The notes: generated by a model from the letters alone, not told the origin. DNA of 64,000 nucleotides from Candidatus Altimarinota bacterium (GCA_041242255.1 JBESAV010000001.1:96001-160000), one strand, 5' to 3'; numbered from the stretch's first letter, positions 48,920 to 59,386 are shown. Numbers and translations: made by a program.

Positions 48920-49378
48920 CTACAAATAAGCAGTCATATCTATACGTTTGTCATCCACAAATACAAACTCAAAACTCGAAAACCCCTCTCTCGCTCTTAT
49001 CTTAACCGAAGGCATAGCAAATAAAGAATCCTTCAGATGATTTCCTTTATATAAAAAAGATCTAAAAACCTTTAAATTATCTCCAACCAATCTACTTTTA
49101 GTCTTCTTAATATCAAAACAATTCACAACCTCACTAAACATGTATGAACCTATCCCTTTCGCTGACTTAGTTACGTTAAACTCATGAACCACCAGATACC
49201 CCATAGGATCTATCACCCCACTTAAAACCCCTTCTTCTTCATCACCTTCGTATACTGACCTTATCAGATCACCAAATCTATCAATTACAATATCAAAATC
49301 CGAATCAATCTCCCTGTAGTCATCCATTCCTTGATACCAAAAAGTCTCACCTACAAGTTCATTAAACCTCAAATCCAT
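48920..49378 (-). CDS. hypothetical protein, possible degenerate GNAT fold
   Basis: 152-aa ORF; VxxxAKGIGS resembles GNAT motif A. Confidence 0.55.
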   Translation of the reverse strand: MDLRFNELVGETFWYQGMDDYREIDSDFDIVIDRFGDLIRSVYEGDEEEGVLSGVIDPMGYLVVHEFNVTKSAKGIGSYMFSEVVNCFDIKKTKSRLVGDNLKVFRSFLYKGNHLKDSLFAMPSVKIRAREGFSSFEFVFVDDKRIDMTAYL

Positions 49379-49427
49379 AAATAGTTTTATAAGAACAAAC
49401 TATATAAACCAAAACACTATATGTCAA

Positions 49428-51752
49428 CTACCCCGCCGGCAAACTCATGTAATCCACTAAAAACTCAGTAATATCCCTAAACACAGGAACAGCCGTATCA
49501 CCAGCCCACTGAGAGGTTCTTGGCTTTTCAATTCTTACAAGTATCACAAACTTAGGATCTTCAGCCGGAGCATAACCTACAAAAGTCGCCATGGTAGTAC
49601 CTGGCCCTTCCAACGGAACCCCATTCTTATAAGTCTGTGCTGTACCAGTCTTACCAGCAATACTATACCCTTCAAGCTTTCCTTGTCCTGCCTCCCCCTT
49701 CTCTACAACCGATACAAGCATAGCAGTCAAAGTATTTGCAGTCTTCTTAGAAACAACCTTCCTAAGAATCTTTGGGCTTAACTCCTCCACAAAACCATCA
49801 GAATGCTCAATCTTCTTAACCAGAGTAGGCTGCATCAAAACTCCATCATTTGCCAAAGCAGCATAAGACATAACCATCTGCAATGGCGTAACAGTTAGAC
49901 CTTGCCCAAACGAAATAGTTGCCAACTCACTATCCGCCCAACCATTTGGCTTTCTCAAGTACCCATCTTTTTCATCAGCAAACTCTATCTCTAAACTCTC
50001 TCCAAAACCAAATTTCTGAATATATTCATAAAACAAAGTTCTACCAATTTTATTAGCAATCCAAGCCATACCAATATTATTTGAAGTCTCTAAAACCTGC
50101 GTCATTGTGATTTCACCATAATGCTGTCCAAAAGCATTATTAATAGTAAACTCATCTACTTTAATTGGCCCTTCATCAAGCATAGTCGTAGTAGGAGTAA
50201 CACTACCTGTATCAATTGCAGCAGCCATAGCTATAGGTTTAAAAACTGAACCAGGCTCATAAGTATCAACAATCGGTCTATTCCTAAATACTCCTGTACC
50301 TAATTTGTTTTTAAACTGCTCATAATAAAGAACATTCGCCTCAGGATCTTCAGGATCATAAACCTTATCTTCATCTTCAACAGGTATCAAAGGAAGTTCC
50401 CTGTATATATCACCCTCCTCTTCATAAAACACCTCTTCCCCAGTCGCATATTCGTATCTAGCTACAAACCCCTTTCTTGTTCCTACCAACTCTTCAATCT
50501 CATCCTCACTTCTACCTTCTAATTCTTCCTCAGTCCACACTGGAAAAACAAACTCTTCAGTCTCACCAGCCTCCCAATATTCATTTGGATCAAAAGTTGG
50601 ATAGTTAGCCATAGAAATAATCTCTCCAGTTTCAGGCTGAACCACAATCACTTGACCAGCATTAGCATCAAAAGCTTGAACATAATAAGCTAAAGTATCC
50701 TGCACGTACTTCTGAACAGATCTATCAATTGTCAGGTACACATTTGCTCCATCCACAGCAGGCTTTATCAATGTATCACTACCGACAGTCAACTGATTAC
50801 CCAAGCCATCAACCTGCGCTTGAAATAAACCAGGCTCACCTCCTAACAACTCTTCATAATTCAACTCCATTCCATACTGACCCTCCTCACGATTCATAAA
50901 TCCAATCACCTGAGAAGCCAATGCACCTTCTGGGTAATACCTGTATGTTTCTTCTTCAAAACCAATCCCCCTAAATAACTCCTTATCTTCTTTTTTCATT
51001 TTCTTCAACTCATTAGAGACCTCATGGTCAACCGCTTGCGCCAAAACCACATACTTATTTTGACCTTGAGCTAGATTCTCCAATCTCCCAACCGATATAT
51101 CTAAAACTGTAGATAGACGTTTAGCAAAAAGTTTAGGATCACTCACTCTTGGAGGAAAAAGATAAATACCCTCTTCAACACTAGCCACAACTGAAGATAA
51201 CCCCAAAGCATTAACTTCAGCCACTAAACTAGCCGACGGATCAGAGACCAACAGTATCCTCTGCCTTACTTTCTCACCAATTTTACCTAAAATCTCAGCT
51301 TCAAATTCTACCTTAAGTTCACTCAAAGGTTTAGGTTTCAAAATATCATTCAACTCTTCTTCAGATAAATCAGCCGGTAACCTTTTACGCTCCTCCTTTA
51401 GTCTTTCCTCTTCTTGTTCTAAAGCAAGCTCATGATCAAACAACAAAGGGGCAATCAACTTAGAAAGCTTCACAGGATCCTGAATCAAAGAAGGATCTGC
51501 AAAAACAGTATCCAAAGTTATATTTGTAGCGACTCTATAATCATCTCCTGAATGCATATCTTGCAAAAATATCTCACCTCTCTTCGGCTCCAACTCTAAA
51601 TACCCCTGCTGATTAGCAAGTGCTAATGCTAAATACTCATCATGCTGAAATACTTGTAGGTAAAATAGCTTCCCCACTATCATAGAAGTAAACACCAGCA
51701 AACAAAGCATTATAACCGATAGTCTTTTCCCATAGTTATATACTTCTGACAT
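49428..51752 (-). CDS. class B penicillin-binding protein (FtsI/PBP2-like)
   Basis: RGEI, RYYP, GMELxY, LTID, SVFK, SNN, KTG. Confidence 0.93.
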   Translation of the reverse strand: MSEVYNYGKRLSVIMLCLLVFTSMIVGKLFYLQVFQHDEYLALALANQQGYLELEPKRGEIFLQDMHSGDDYRVATNITLDTVFADPSLIQDPVKLSKLIAPLLFDHELALEQEEERLKEERKRLPADLSEEELNDILKPKPLSELKVEFEAEILGKIGEKVRQRILLVSDPSASLVAEVNALGLSSVVASVEEGIYLFPPRVSDPKLFAKRLSTVLDISVGRLENLAQGQNKYVVLAQAVDHEVSNELKKMKKEDKELFRGIGFEEETYRYYPEGALASQVIGFMNREEGQYGMELNYEELLGGEPGLFQAQVDGLGNQLTVGSDTLIKPAVDGANVYLTIDRSVQKYVQDTLAYYVQAFDANAGQVIVVQPETGEIISMANYPTFDPNEYWEAGETEEFVFPVWTEEELEGRSEDEIEELVGTRKGFVARYEYATGEEVFYEEEGDIYRELPLIPVEDEDKVYDPEDPEANVLYYEQFKNKLGTGVFRNRPIVDTYEPGSVFKPIAMAAAIDTGSVTPTTTMLDEGPIKVDEFTINNAFGQHYGEITMTQVLETSNNIGMAWIANKIGRTLFYEYIQKFGFGESLEIEFADEKDGYLRKPNGWADSELATISFGQGLTVTPLQMVMSYAALANDGVLMQPTLVKKIEHSDGFVEELSPKILRKVVSKKTANTLTAMLVSVVEKGEAGQGKLEGYSIAGKTGTAQTYKNGVPLEGPGTTMATFVGYAPAEDPKFVILVRIEKPRTSQWAGDTAVPVFRDITEFLVDYMSLPAG

Positions 51753-51897
51753 TCAACAATTTAAATTTCTTAGTAGAAACATTTTATATCATCTCCCAAA
51801 CAAAACCACCCCTTCTCAGCAAAATACTTTCAAAAACTCAAAAATATTTACTTATTAAAAAATAAAACCCTATAATGCAAAAAAATTAAAACCAAAC

Positions 51898-53163
51898 ATG
51901 CATACCAAACACACACTCCCAAACGGACTAAGACTTATCACCAAACCACTCGAAGGAACCAAAGCTGTAACTATAATGGTTTTAGTAGGAGCAGGTTCAC
52001 GGTACGAAACCAAAGAAATCAACGGTATCGCCCACTTCCTAGAGCACATGTTTTTCAAAGGTGCAGAACGCTTCAAAAACACCAAAGAAGTTTCAGAAGC
52101 AATCGACGGAATCGGAGGAGACTTCAACGCATTCACAGGTAAAGAATATGCTGGTTACTACGTGAAAGTAGCAGGAACTAAGATCGAAACAGGTATAGAC
52201 GTTCTGAGCGACATGCTTCTAAATGCTAGATTTGACCAAGAAGAAATAGACAAAGAACGCGGAGTTATACTAGAAGAACTAAACATGTACCAAGATGCCC
52301 CTATGTATCAAATAGGATGGGATTTCGAACAAACCGTATTTGGAGACCAGCCGCTTGGTTGGGATCAAATTGGAACTCCAGAACTCATCAAGTCAGTAAC
52401 AAAAGAGCAATTCCAAGACTTCAAAAATAAACTCTACACACCAGACAACACAGTTATCACAATTGTTGGTGACATTAATGAAGAAAAAGCCAAACAGCTC
52501 ATCCAAAAATACTTCAACTTCACGGACTCAAAAAAAGCTTACAACTTCAAACCTTTCAAGAAACTAGAAGATAAACCACAAATAAAAGTTACCAACAAAC
52601 AAACCGAACAAGCCCACTTGTACGTTGGATTCCCTTCAATAAACTCTCTCGACAAAAGATATTGGACACAAAAAGTTCTATCTAGCATCCTCGGTGGAAA
52701 CATGAGTTCAAGAATGTTCCTAAACGTAAGAGAGGCCCAAGGATTATGCTATTACGTTAACACCAGTATAGACTCTTACCTAGACACTGGTTCATTTGCC
52801 ACAAGAGCAGGAGTTGATACCTCACGCATCAAAGATGCCATCAAAGCAATACTCAAAGAATACTCAAACATCAAAGGAGAACTCATACCAGAATCAGAAT
52901 TAACCAAAGGTAAAGAGTACCTAAAAGGTAAAATGATCCTAAGACTAGAAGACTCCGAAAACTACGCATCTTTATTAGCTGAAGAAGAACTTCTTACAAA
53001 TGAAATCAAAGACCTCAAAAACATAATCCAAGAAATAGATGCTGTAACAGCACAAGACATAGCAGATTTCACAAACGAATTCTTCAAAGAAGAAAACCTT
53101 CACCTAACAGTTATAGGACCATACCAAAAAGAAGATTTCACAGATATTCTAAAGCTAAACTAA
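51898..53163 (+). CDS. M16 (insulinase/pitrilysin) peptidase
   Basis: HFLEH, NAFT, SSRMF..VRE..GLCY. Confidence 0.95.
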   Translation: MHTKHTLPNGLRLITKPLEGTKAVTIMVLVGAGSRYETKEINGIAHFLEHMFFKGAERFKNTKEVSEAIDGIGGDFNAFTGKEYAGYYVKVAGTKIETGIDVLSDMLLNARFDQEEIDKERGVILEELNMYQDAPMYQIGWDFEQTVFGDQPLGWDQIGTPELIKSVTKEQFQDFKNKLYTPDNTVITIVGDINEEKAKQLIQKYFNFTDSKKAYNFKPFKKLEDKPQIKVTNKQTEQAHLYVGFPSINSLDKRYWTQKVLSSILGGNMSSRMFLNVREAQGLCYYVNTSIDSYLDTGSFATRAGVDTSRIKDAIKAILKEYSNIKGELIPESELTKGKEYLKGKMILRLEDSENYASLLAEEELLTNEIKDLKNIIQEIDAVTAQDIADFTNEFFKEENLHLTVIGPYQKEDFTDILKLN

Positions 53164-53241
53164 ATCCAACTAATCAAACTAGTAGTTGCCAAAAGAAAAA
53201 CTTTCCTATAAAAATAAACCAATTAATTTAACACATCAAAC

Positions 53242-53730
53242 ATGAGATTTGACGGAGTATATGAAAAAACACTTGTCCTCATTAAACCAGACGCAATTCA
53301 AAGAGGTTTAGTTGGACAAATACTACAAAGATTTGAAAACAAAGGTTTAAAAATGGTTGGAATGAAAATGATCAGCCTAGATGAAGCAATCTTAAACGAA
53401 CACTACTCTCACATTGCCGACAAAGACTTTTTCCCAGGAGTTTCAAACTTCATGCAAAGCTCTCCAGTAATCGCCCTTTGTCTAGAAGGACTTGAGGTTG
53501 TAGAAGCAGTAAGAATTATCACTGGAATCACTAAATCAAGATCTGCAGAAGCTGGTTCAATCAGAGGTGACTTCGCAATGAGTGTTGCATGTAACGTAAT
53601 CCACGCTTCAGACTCAGTTGAAAACGCCAAAGCTGAAGTTGAAAGATTCTTTGATGAATCAGAAATCCACGAATATATGAAATCAGAATTCGAATTCGTA
53701 TACGTACAAGACGAAAGAGAAGAAGCTTAA
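53242..53730 (+). CDS. ndk: nucleoside diphosphate kinase
   Basis: TLVLIKPDA, GSIRGDF, NVIHASDS. Confidence 0.97.
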   Translation: MRFDGVYEKTLVLIKPDAIQRGLVGQILQRFENKGLKMVGMKMISLDEAILNEHYSHIADKDFFPGVSNFMQSSPVIALCLEGLEVVEAVRIITGITKSRSAEAGSIRGDFAMSVACNVIHASDSVENAKAEVERFFDESEIHEYMKSEFEFVYVQDEREEA

Positions 53731-53750
53731 ATTCAAAACTAGTTTCAAAC

Positions 53751-53780
53751 AAAAAGCTCACAATTAACGTGGGCTTTTTT
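53751..53780 (+). terminator. terminator after ndk
   Basis: AAAAAGCTCAC/GTGGGCTTTTT. Confidence 0.7.
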
Positions 53781-53810
53781 AGTAGATCAGTTCTGCTATA
53801 CTTTAGAAAA

Positions 53811-54635
53811 ATGCTACCAAACTCCATCACTCTCCAGCACGAAAACCAAACATACTCCCATCCAATTCTTTACGGTGAGTATATTCATGAAACCTTATAC
53901 CTGATACATCCAGACAAAAAAATCGCCCTAAACATACCAACTGAGCAATTCTCAAATTTTATAGAAGACCTATCAAGAAACATAATCAAAAAAACAAACC
54001 CAAAAGCAAAACTATTCCAAATAAACTCTTTCGAATTCCTAGCTAAACAATCCAATTTCAAACTCCAAAAACACAATTACTTACTCCCACACGCAATCAT
54101 TTTTGTCCCATCACAGATAAACGGAGAACAAATTTTAGAAATAGACCAACATATACAACTCACTCCTGACAACTCTCCGATATATTTCGACTACCCAAAA
54201 CCAAACAAAACAAATTTCATCAACAAAATCAAACACCTCCAAAAAAACCTATCTGACAAAAAAGAATTCATAAATTTCAAATACACACACCACTCCAAGC
54301 AACCTGATCAAATTATTTTAACAAGTAAAGAGCTTTCCAATCCTTTCCTACTAAAAACACCTGACTTCACTTTGATCTCAGAAACAAAAAACTTTAACAA
54401 ACCAAACTTCAACCAAAACATACTCTTTGCTGAAGATCACCCACGATATTATCAAAAAGGACAACTTCAGATCCACACATCCACCAAAACATTCGACTAC
54501 TCACTTGATCAATCAACATCAATAATCCAAACAAACATCCAAGAAAATCTAACACTTAAGATCAACAATAAAACCAAAGCCTTCGACCTTTTCAAAAATC
54601 TATCAAAAGCAATTAACGACAGTAAAAATGATTAA
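53811..54635 (+). CDS. hypothetical protein
   Basis: Long ORF; start placed at ATG MLPNS after the terminator; overlaps the next gene. Confidence 0.6.
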   Translation: MLPNSITLQHENQTYSHPILYGEYIHETLYLIHPDKKIALNIPTEQFSNFIEDLSRNIIKKTNPKAKLFQINSFEFLAKQSNFKLQKHNYLLPHAIIFVPSQINGEQILEIDQHIQLTPDNSPIYFDYPKPNKTNFINKIKHLQKNLSDKKEFINFKYTHHSKQPDQIILTSKELSNPFLLKTPDFTLISETKNFNKPNFNQNILFAEDHPRYYQKGQLQIHTSTKTFDYSLDQSTSIIQTNIQENLTLKINNKTKAFDLFKNLSKAINDSKND

Positions 54636-55116
54636 AAAACTACTCATCACACTCTTTCCACTAGCCATAACCATCGGAGTCTACTCTATGGCTGATTATA
54701 TCGCCCAACAACCCTTTGATATCTCTAACTACCCTACCCTAAAAACCACCATCAACAATCAAGAAATAACCCTAGCCACAGTCTGGACACCTGAGCTTCA
54801 AGCTAAAGGATTCATGTATGTGTCTGAAATACCAGAAGATCAAGGAATGCTTTTCACCTACCCTGAAGAAAAGCCACGAAACTTCTGGATGAAAGACACA
54901 ATCGTTCCACTCGACATAATCTTCTTAGACCAAAACTACCAAATCATAAACATCCACCACAATGCTAGACCATGTAACGAAATAGATCCAACCCAGCAAA
55001 ACTGCCCAAGCTACTCCAGCCAGGCGCCAAGCCAATACATCATCGAACTCCCCTCCCCTCAGGCCAAAAACCTAAATCTCCAACCTGGCCAAACTATCAG
55101 AGTTGAATTTGAATAA
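54628..55116 (+). CDS. DUF192 family protein
   Basis: KGFM, GMLF, FWMKDT, PLDIIFLD, YIIEL. Confidence 0.92.
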   Translation: MIKKLLITLFPLAITIGVYSMADYIAQQPFDISNYPTLKTTINNQEITLATVWTPELQAKGFMYVSEIPEDQGMLFTYPEEKPRNFWMKDTIVPLDIIFLDQNYQIINIHHNARPCNEIDPTQQNCPSYSSQAPSQYIIELPSPQAKNLNLQPGQTIRVEFE

Positions 55117-55142
55117 ATAAGGCAAATCCAGAACTGATAAAT

Positions 55143-55171
55143 TTGACACACCTACATAAATCACATATTAT
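55143..55171 (+). promoter_or_regulatory. sigma70 promoter
   Basis: TTGACA, 17 bp spacer, TATTAT. Confidence 0.7.
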
Positions 55172-55195
55172 AAATCCAGATTTAAACAAGCAAAC

Positions 55196-55378
55196 ATGTC
55201 AGTTCAAATTCCTTACAGCGATGGACCAGAAAATCCTATCATAAGAACAGCCAAAGAGATAAAAGCTGCACAAGAAGAAATGAATGGTAAAGATAACACT
55301 CTAGCTGAAAGTACAGAAGAAACTAAACAAAGTATAAAAGATCTATTAGATAGCGATCCATACAGCAACTTCTTGTAA
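55196..55378 (+). CDS. small hypothetical protein (60 aa)
   Basis: ATG ORF bracketed by a consensus promoter and a terminator. Confidence 0.6.
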   Translation: MSVQIPYSDGPENPIIRTAKEIKAAQEEMNGKDNTLAESTEETKQSIKDLLDSDPYSNFL

Positions 55379-55396
55379 GCTTCCAAAAAACAACAG

Positions 55397-55429
55397 AAAA
55401 AGAGTTTACATCTCAGTAAGCTCTTTTTT
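55397..55429 (+). terminator. intrinsic terminator
   Basis: GAGUUUAC/GUAAGCUC + U6. Confidence 0.7.
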
Positions 55430-55481
55430 AATTTACACAAAGTAAACTTATATATAAGATATCGTCACTTAACAAACATTT

Positions 55482-56828
55482 ATGATACGAAGAGAAGTAA
55501 TTCGTAATCTATTCGACACAGAACACAGAACAATCATACACCAACAAGCAACACCAACAGATCTTCTTCGAAACCTACCAGAAAACCTTGGAGTTACCAT
55601 ATCACAAAACCATATTTTCACATTTGACCCTAGATACGATCATACTTTTCGCAGCGTTGATGATCGCCTAATCAGAATCAATCAACACGGTAGAGCAGAT
55701 ACCCCTGAAGACTATCAAATTGAAATAACAATCCAAACAATCAGAGACGAAATAGCCCACACATTCGAAATTGCTGGGCTAAACAACCAACTATACACAT
55801 GTATAAATCATGAAACAGCCCAAGAAAATATAAACGGAGTTTTCCATGGACTACTAAGCTACAACAACCACACCTTGGTTCAAGGCCACACTCCATTCAC
55901 TGTTGTAGATCAATACAACCAATACGACAACGAAAGATTTACTGCTATTCTTCCATCTAGCAGACACGACTGGTCAATGACTCATGCTTTAAATAACGTC
56001 ATATCTTTCTACAACAGACCAGAACAAATCCAACTCCAAGTAGACCAAAGATTTAGTAGCATCAGAAGATTCCCTCGACAACTTGAACCTGCCTCATTTG
56101 CAAATTCCCTTACCAACCTAAGAAGTTCCAGATTAGCAACTCTAAGTAGACTTTCCACCTACACAGAAGAGTCAACACTTGAGCCAGATGAATTCGAATT
56201 CATAAGGTATTTTCATAATCTATCAGAAGCAAACAGAAATTTCTTTAGAAGAAACACCAACCTCCAAACTCAAATCAACACTTTCTCCGAGCAAAACCCT
56301 CACATACAATTAACAGGACCAGCAACCCCATGCCTAATCCCTTTTGGTATAAGCACTCCTGTTGGAAATAAAATACACTCACAACTTACCCCTGCTGAAA
56401 ACCAAATTACAAATATTATTGCAGAGCAACAAGTAGACAGCCTATTCACCAGCTCGCTAAGCACAGGTGAAATCAACCCAGCTAGATTCATCTACCACAT
56501 CAGAAGATTATTCCAACTTTCTATAAGTTCCTTACCTGAAAATTATCGTATGGAACATCGTATAACTAAACCAACTGTCAGCTTTATTACAGCTATCAAA
56601 ATCCTGATAAAAATGTTCAACCACCCATATCTACACGAACTTGAAGAAACAGCCTTTAGCTTCAATCCAACATTATCCACTTTAGAATCTGACTTCTATC
56701 TATATTTTATCCAATATATGCTACTCCACCTAGAACTAAATCAATACACTCGTCTTCTGAAAACTATCATACAATACACCGAACACGAAAACCCAAATGA
56801 TCTATTCTTTGATACGGATATACTCTAA
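55482..56828 (+). CDS. hypothetical protein
   Basis: 448-aa ORF; TTTACA-17-TAAGAT upstream; no family recognised. Confidence 0.7.
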   Translation: MIRREVIRNLFDTEHRTIIHQQATPTDLLRNLPENLGVTISQNHIFTFDPRYDHTFRSVDDRLIRINQHGRADTPEDYQIEITIQTIRDEIAHTFEIAGLNNQLYTCINHETAQENINGVFHGLLSYNNHTLVQGHTPFTVVDQYNQYDNERFTAILPSSRHDWSMTHALNNVISFYNRPEQIQLQVDQRFSSIRRFPRQLEPASFANSLTNLRSSRLATLSRLSTYTEESTLEPDEFEFIRYFHNLSEANRNFFRRNTNLQTQINTFSEQNPHIQLTGPATPCLIPFGISTPVGNKIHSQLTPAENQITNIIAEQQVDSLFTSSLSTGEINPARFIYHIRRLFQLSISSLPENYRMEHRITKPTVSFITAIKILIKMFNHPYLHELEETAFSFNPTLSTLESDFYLYFIQYMLLHLELNQYTRLLKTIIQYTEHENPNDLFFDTDIL

Positions 56829-56854
56829 TCTTTAAACAAGATTAATCCCAAAAA

Positions 56855-57400
56855 ATGGCTCACCCAAAAGCATTTACACTCTTAGAACTAATGCTAATTG
56901 TTGGTATTGTTTCCTTTATAACAGTAAGTAGCCTCACAGGCTTCCTAGTGAGTTCTGAGCGTCTTAAGTTTCAAAACGAAGTCCAAAACCTCCAATCCAC
57001 AATCTCCACTCAGAAGGCCCAAGGATTGAATAATACTGACGAAAATACAGTCTACTCATTAGACATAGACCAAGAAAAAATCATCCTAAACCAAACCAAC
57101 ACCTCAACCCAACAAGTTGACTCAAATCTATACAAAATAAACACAGAAGAAATCACTCTTTCAAACTTCAACGCAAAACAAACCACAAGCTCTTGGCAAA
57201 CAATCACCTCTCCAGAAATCAACATAACCATAAACACCGAAAACCGCACCTGCTCCATAACCAACACTTCAACCCAGGAAGAATACCTTATCCTCCACAT
57301 CCCAATCTCTCGCCCAACCGAAACAACTCCCAGCAAACACCTCTACATCCACCGCGAAAACTGCCTAATCGAATCCCTCAACAACCAAATCCAAACCTAA
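56855..57400 (+). CDS. prepilin-type protein (FimT-like)
   Basis: PKA|FTLLE followed by a hydrophobic helix; Cys pair. Confidence 0.8.
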   Translation: MAHPKAFTLLELMLIVGIVSFITVSSLTGFLVSSERLKFQNEVQNLQSTISTQKAQGLNNTDENTVYSLDIDQEKIILNQTNTSTQQVDSNLYKINTEEITLSNFNAKQTTSSWQTITSPEINITINTENRTCSITNTSTQEEYLILHIPISRPTETTPSKHLYIHRENCLIESLNNQIQT

Positions 57401-57450
57401 AAAAAACCCACTTTTATCAAGTGGGTCTATTTAATTGATTTATCTATAAA

Positions 57451-59346
57451 CTATTTTTTCTTTCTTCTGATTCCAAACAATCCTAGTAAAGTCGCTACTA
57501 AAGCAGCTCCTGGTGCAGCCGGCTTTTCAGTTGGAACTGCATTACAAGTTGGATCTTGATCATCTCCTCCACCTGGAGTAACTTCACCTTGTGGGTTTCC
57601 GTGATCCACAACTGGTTTTTCGTCTTTATCCATTTCATCTGGATTCATATCAGGATCCATATCTGGATTATCTTCTGGGTCCATATCAGGTCCCATATCT
57701 GGGTTATCTTCCGGATCCATGTCAGGCCCCATATCTACAGGTTCTTCTACTTCATTAAGCCTAACCTCTAATGCTTCAACTTTATAATTTATATTATCAG
57801 CAGCATCAACAGAAATCATAACTATAACATAAGCTTCTTCTCTTGCTTCAAATCCAACTTCAGTAGCATCAAGGTCAACTTCTTTAATTGAACCCAAAGA
57901 TCCCATTTTAAATGTAACTTCACCCTCAGGAGTTTCTTCCACATTAACATTACCTTGTATCCAATCAACTTTCTCAGCTTCAGACATATTATTAAACTCA
58001 GAAACAGTCATACCCTCAACCATAGGAATAGAAGCAACCGAAACATTAGCCATCGCAAGACCATCAAGTGATCCAGCTGGCCAAGTTAAAACAACTTCAG
58101 TAGGAACCTCTTCCACATCAATCACATTAAGTCCATTTTCCTCATAAGCTCCTTCAATTTCAAAATCAATTGCTGCAGGAGCAACAACATCAATGTTTAA
58201 AGCAATCTCTTGGCTTACTTCAGCTCCATTCTCATCCAAAACAACATTTCCATCAGCATCCAAAACTTTCACATTCGCAACAGTAGTTATCTCTCCTTTA
58301 CTTGCATCTAGTAATTCTTGAACAGTAAATACTTTTTCGTAAGTTCCTCCTCCCAAATCTGAAAGATCATAGCTTACACCATCAACAAACAGAGCAATCG
58401 AACCATTCTCAACCATATCAGTAACCTGAACCTGCAAAGCCTTATTACCAGCCTCAACAACATTCAAACTAAACTCCGCCGGCACACTCAACACAGGAGT
58501 AGGCGTAGCTACCACAGCTTCCATTTTATATTGTTTATAATCACCATTATATTCAGTTCCATAAAAGATTGTTTCGTCAGGTGCAACAGCTGTTGATAAA
58601 CCAAAACCACTTTTCAAACTACCGTTTTGCTGATACAAATCTAACTTAATCAATAAAGTATTAATTTTCTGATCTGCTATACCATTAGAAGCTTCAGGAT
58701 TTGCCATTAAGTCACCAGTGAAATAACTAAACATTAGCCCATTATCAAACGCTACACCTGCTTTATCACCATTAGGTGTCATCACAAAGTACAACGGCTT
58801 AGGTGAAACAGAATTAGATAACTCACTAACAGCAAATGAGGGTGTACCTATATCAGAAATATTAAAAACGTGAGATTTAACTCCGGTTGTTACCATCACA
58901 TAACCTTCACCAATGGGAACAATACCATTGGATATATTAACAGATTCTTGAAAAGGAACACTTTCAACCACAGAACCAGAATTAACATCAATTATCTCCA
59001 TCACATCACCATTTACAGACTGTAACTTCACAGCATAATTAGAATTTAATTCTACTACCCCACCGTTATTAATACCTCTTTCTAATTGAAAGCCGTAAGA
59101 ACCTGGATTACTAAAGTCAGCATTAAAAGCACCTGCTACTGGATCTGTACTACTTAAAGAACCAATGAATCTTACATCATCAACAGTCCCCGGGTCAGCT
59201 TCAGCATTTTTTTCAACACCACCAAAAGCAGCCATTGCAGCTAAGGCAGCTATAGTATTCCTTAAAGAAGGTAGCTTCGATACCTTAATTTCTTTTTTAT
59301 TTCCCTCAACACTTGGTTTTTCTAAACCTCTTTTTCTCTCAACCAT
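57451..59346 (-). CDS. secreted protein with MYXO-CTERM-like C-terminal sorting tail
   Basis: Extended signal ..AALAAMAAFGG..AEA|D; DMxPD repeats; GGG..C..AP.AALVATLLGLFGIRRKKK; start placed at MVERK. Confidence 0.75.
   Translation of the reverse strand: MVERKRGLEKPSVEGNKKEIKVSKLPSLRNTIAALAAMAAFGGVEKNAEADPGTVDDVRFIGSLSSTDPVAGAFNADFSNPGSYGFQLERGINNGGVVELNSNYAVKLQSVNGDVMEIIDVNSGSVVESVPFQESVNISNGIVPIGEGYVMVTTGVKSHVFNISDIGTPSFAVSELSNSVSPKPLYFVMTPNGDKAGVAFDNGLMFSYFTGDLMANPEASNGIADQKINTLLIKLDLYQQNGSLKSGFGLSTAVAPDETIFYGTEYNGDYKQYKMEAVVATPTPVLSVPAEFSLNVVEAGNKALQVQVTDMVENGSIALFVDGVSYDLSDLGGGTYEKVFTVQELLDASKGEITTVANVKVLDADGNVVLDENGAEVSQEIALNIDVVAPAAIDFEIEGAYEENGLNVIDVEEVPTEVVLTWPAGSLDGLAMANVSVASIPMVEGMTVSEFNNMSEAEKVDWIQGNVNVEETPEGEVTFKMGSLGSIKEVDLDATEVGFEAREEAYVIVMISVDAADNINYKVEALEVRLNEVEEPVDMGPDMDPEDNPDMGPDMDPEDNPDMDPDMNPDEMDKDEKPVVDHGNPQGEVTPGGGDDQDPTCNAVPTEKPAAPGAALVATLLGLFGIRRKKK
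57628..57735 (-). repeat. coding tandem repeat (DMGPDMDPEDNP)x2 + degenerate copy
   Basis: 36-nt period visible in DNA and translation. Confidence 0.8.
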
Positions 59347-59386
59347 AATATCTTGTGTTATATCTAGCATGAAAATACTACATATA

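Noticed and set aside
57628-57735. 36-nt periodic repeat as a CRISPR array
   Set aside because: Repeats are contiguous, in-frame and vary at synonymous sites; no spacers or cas genes.
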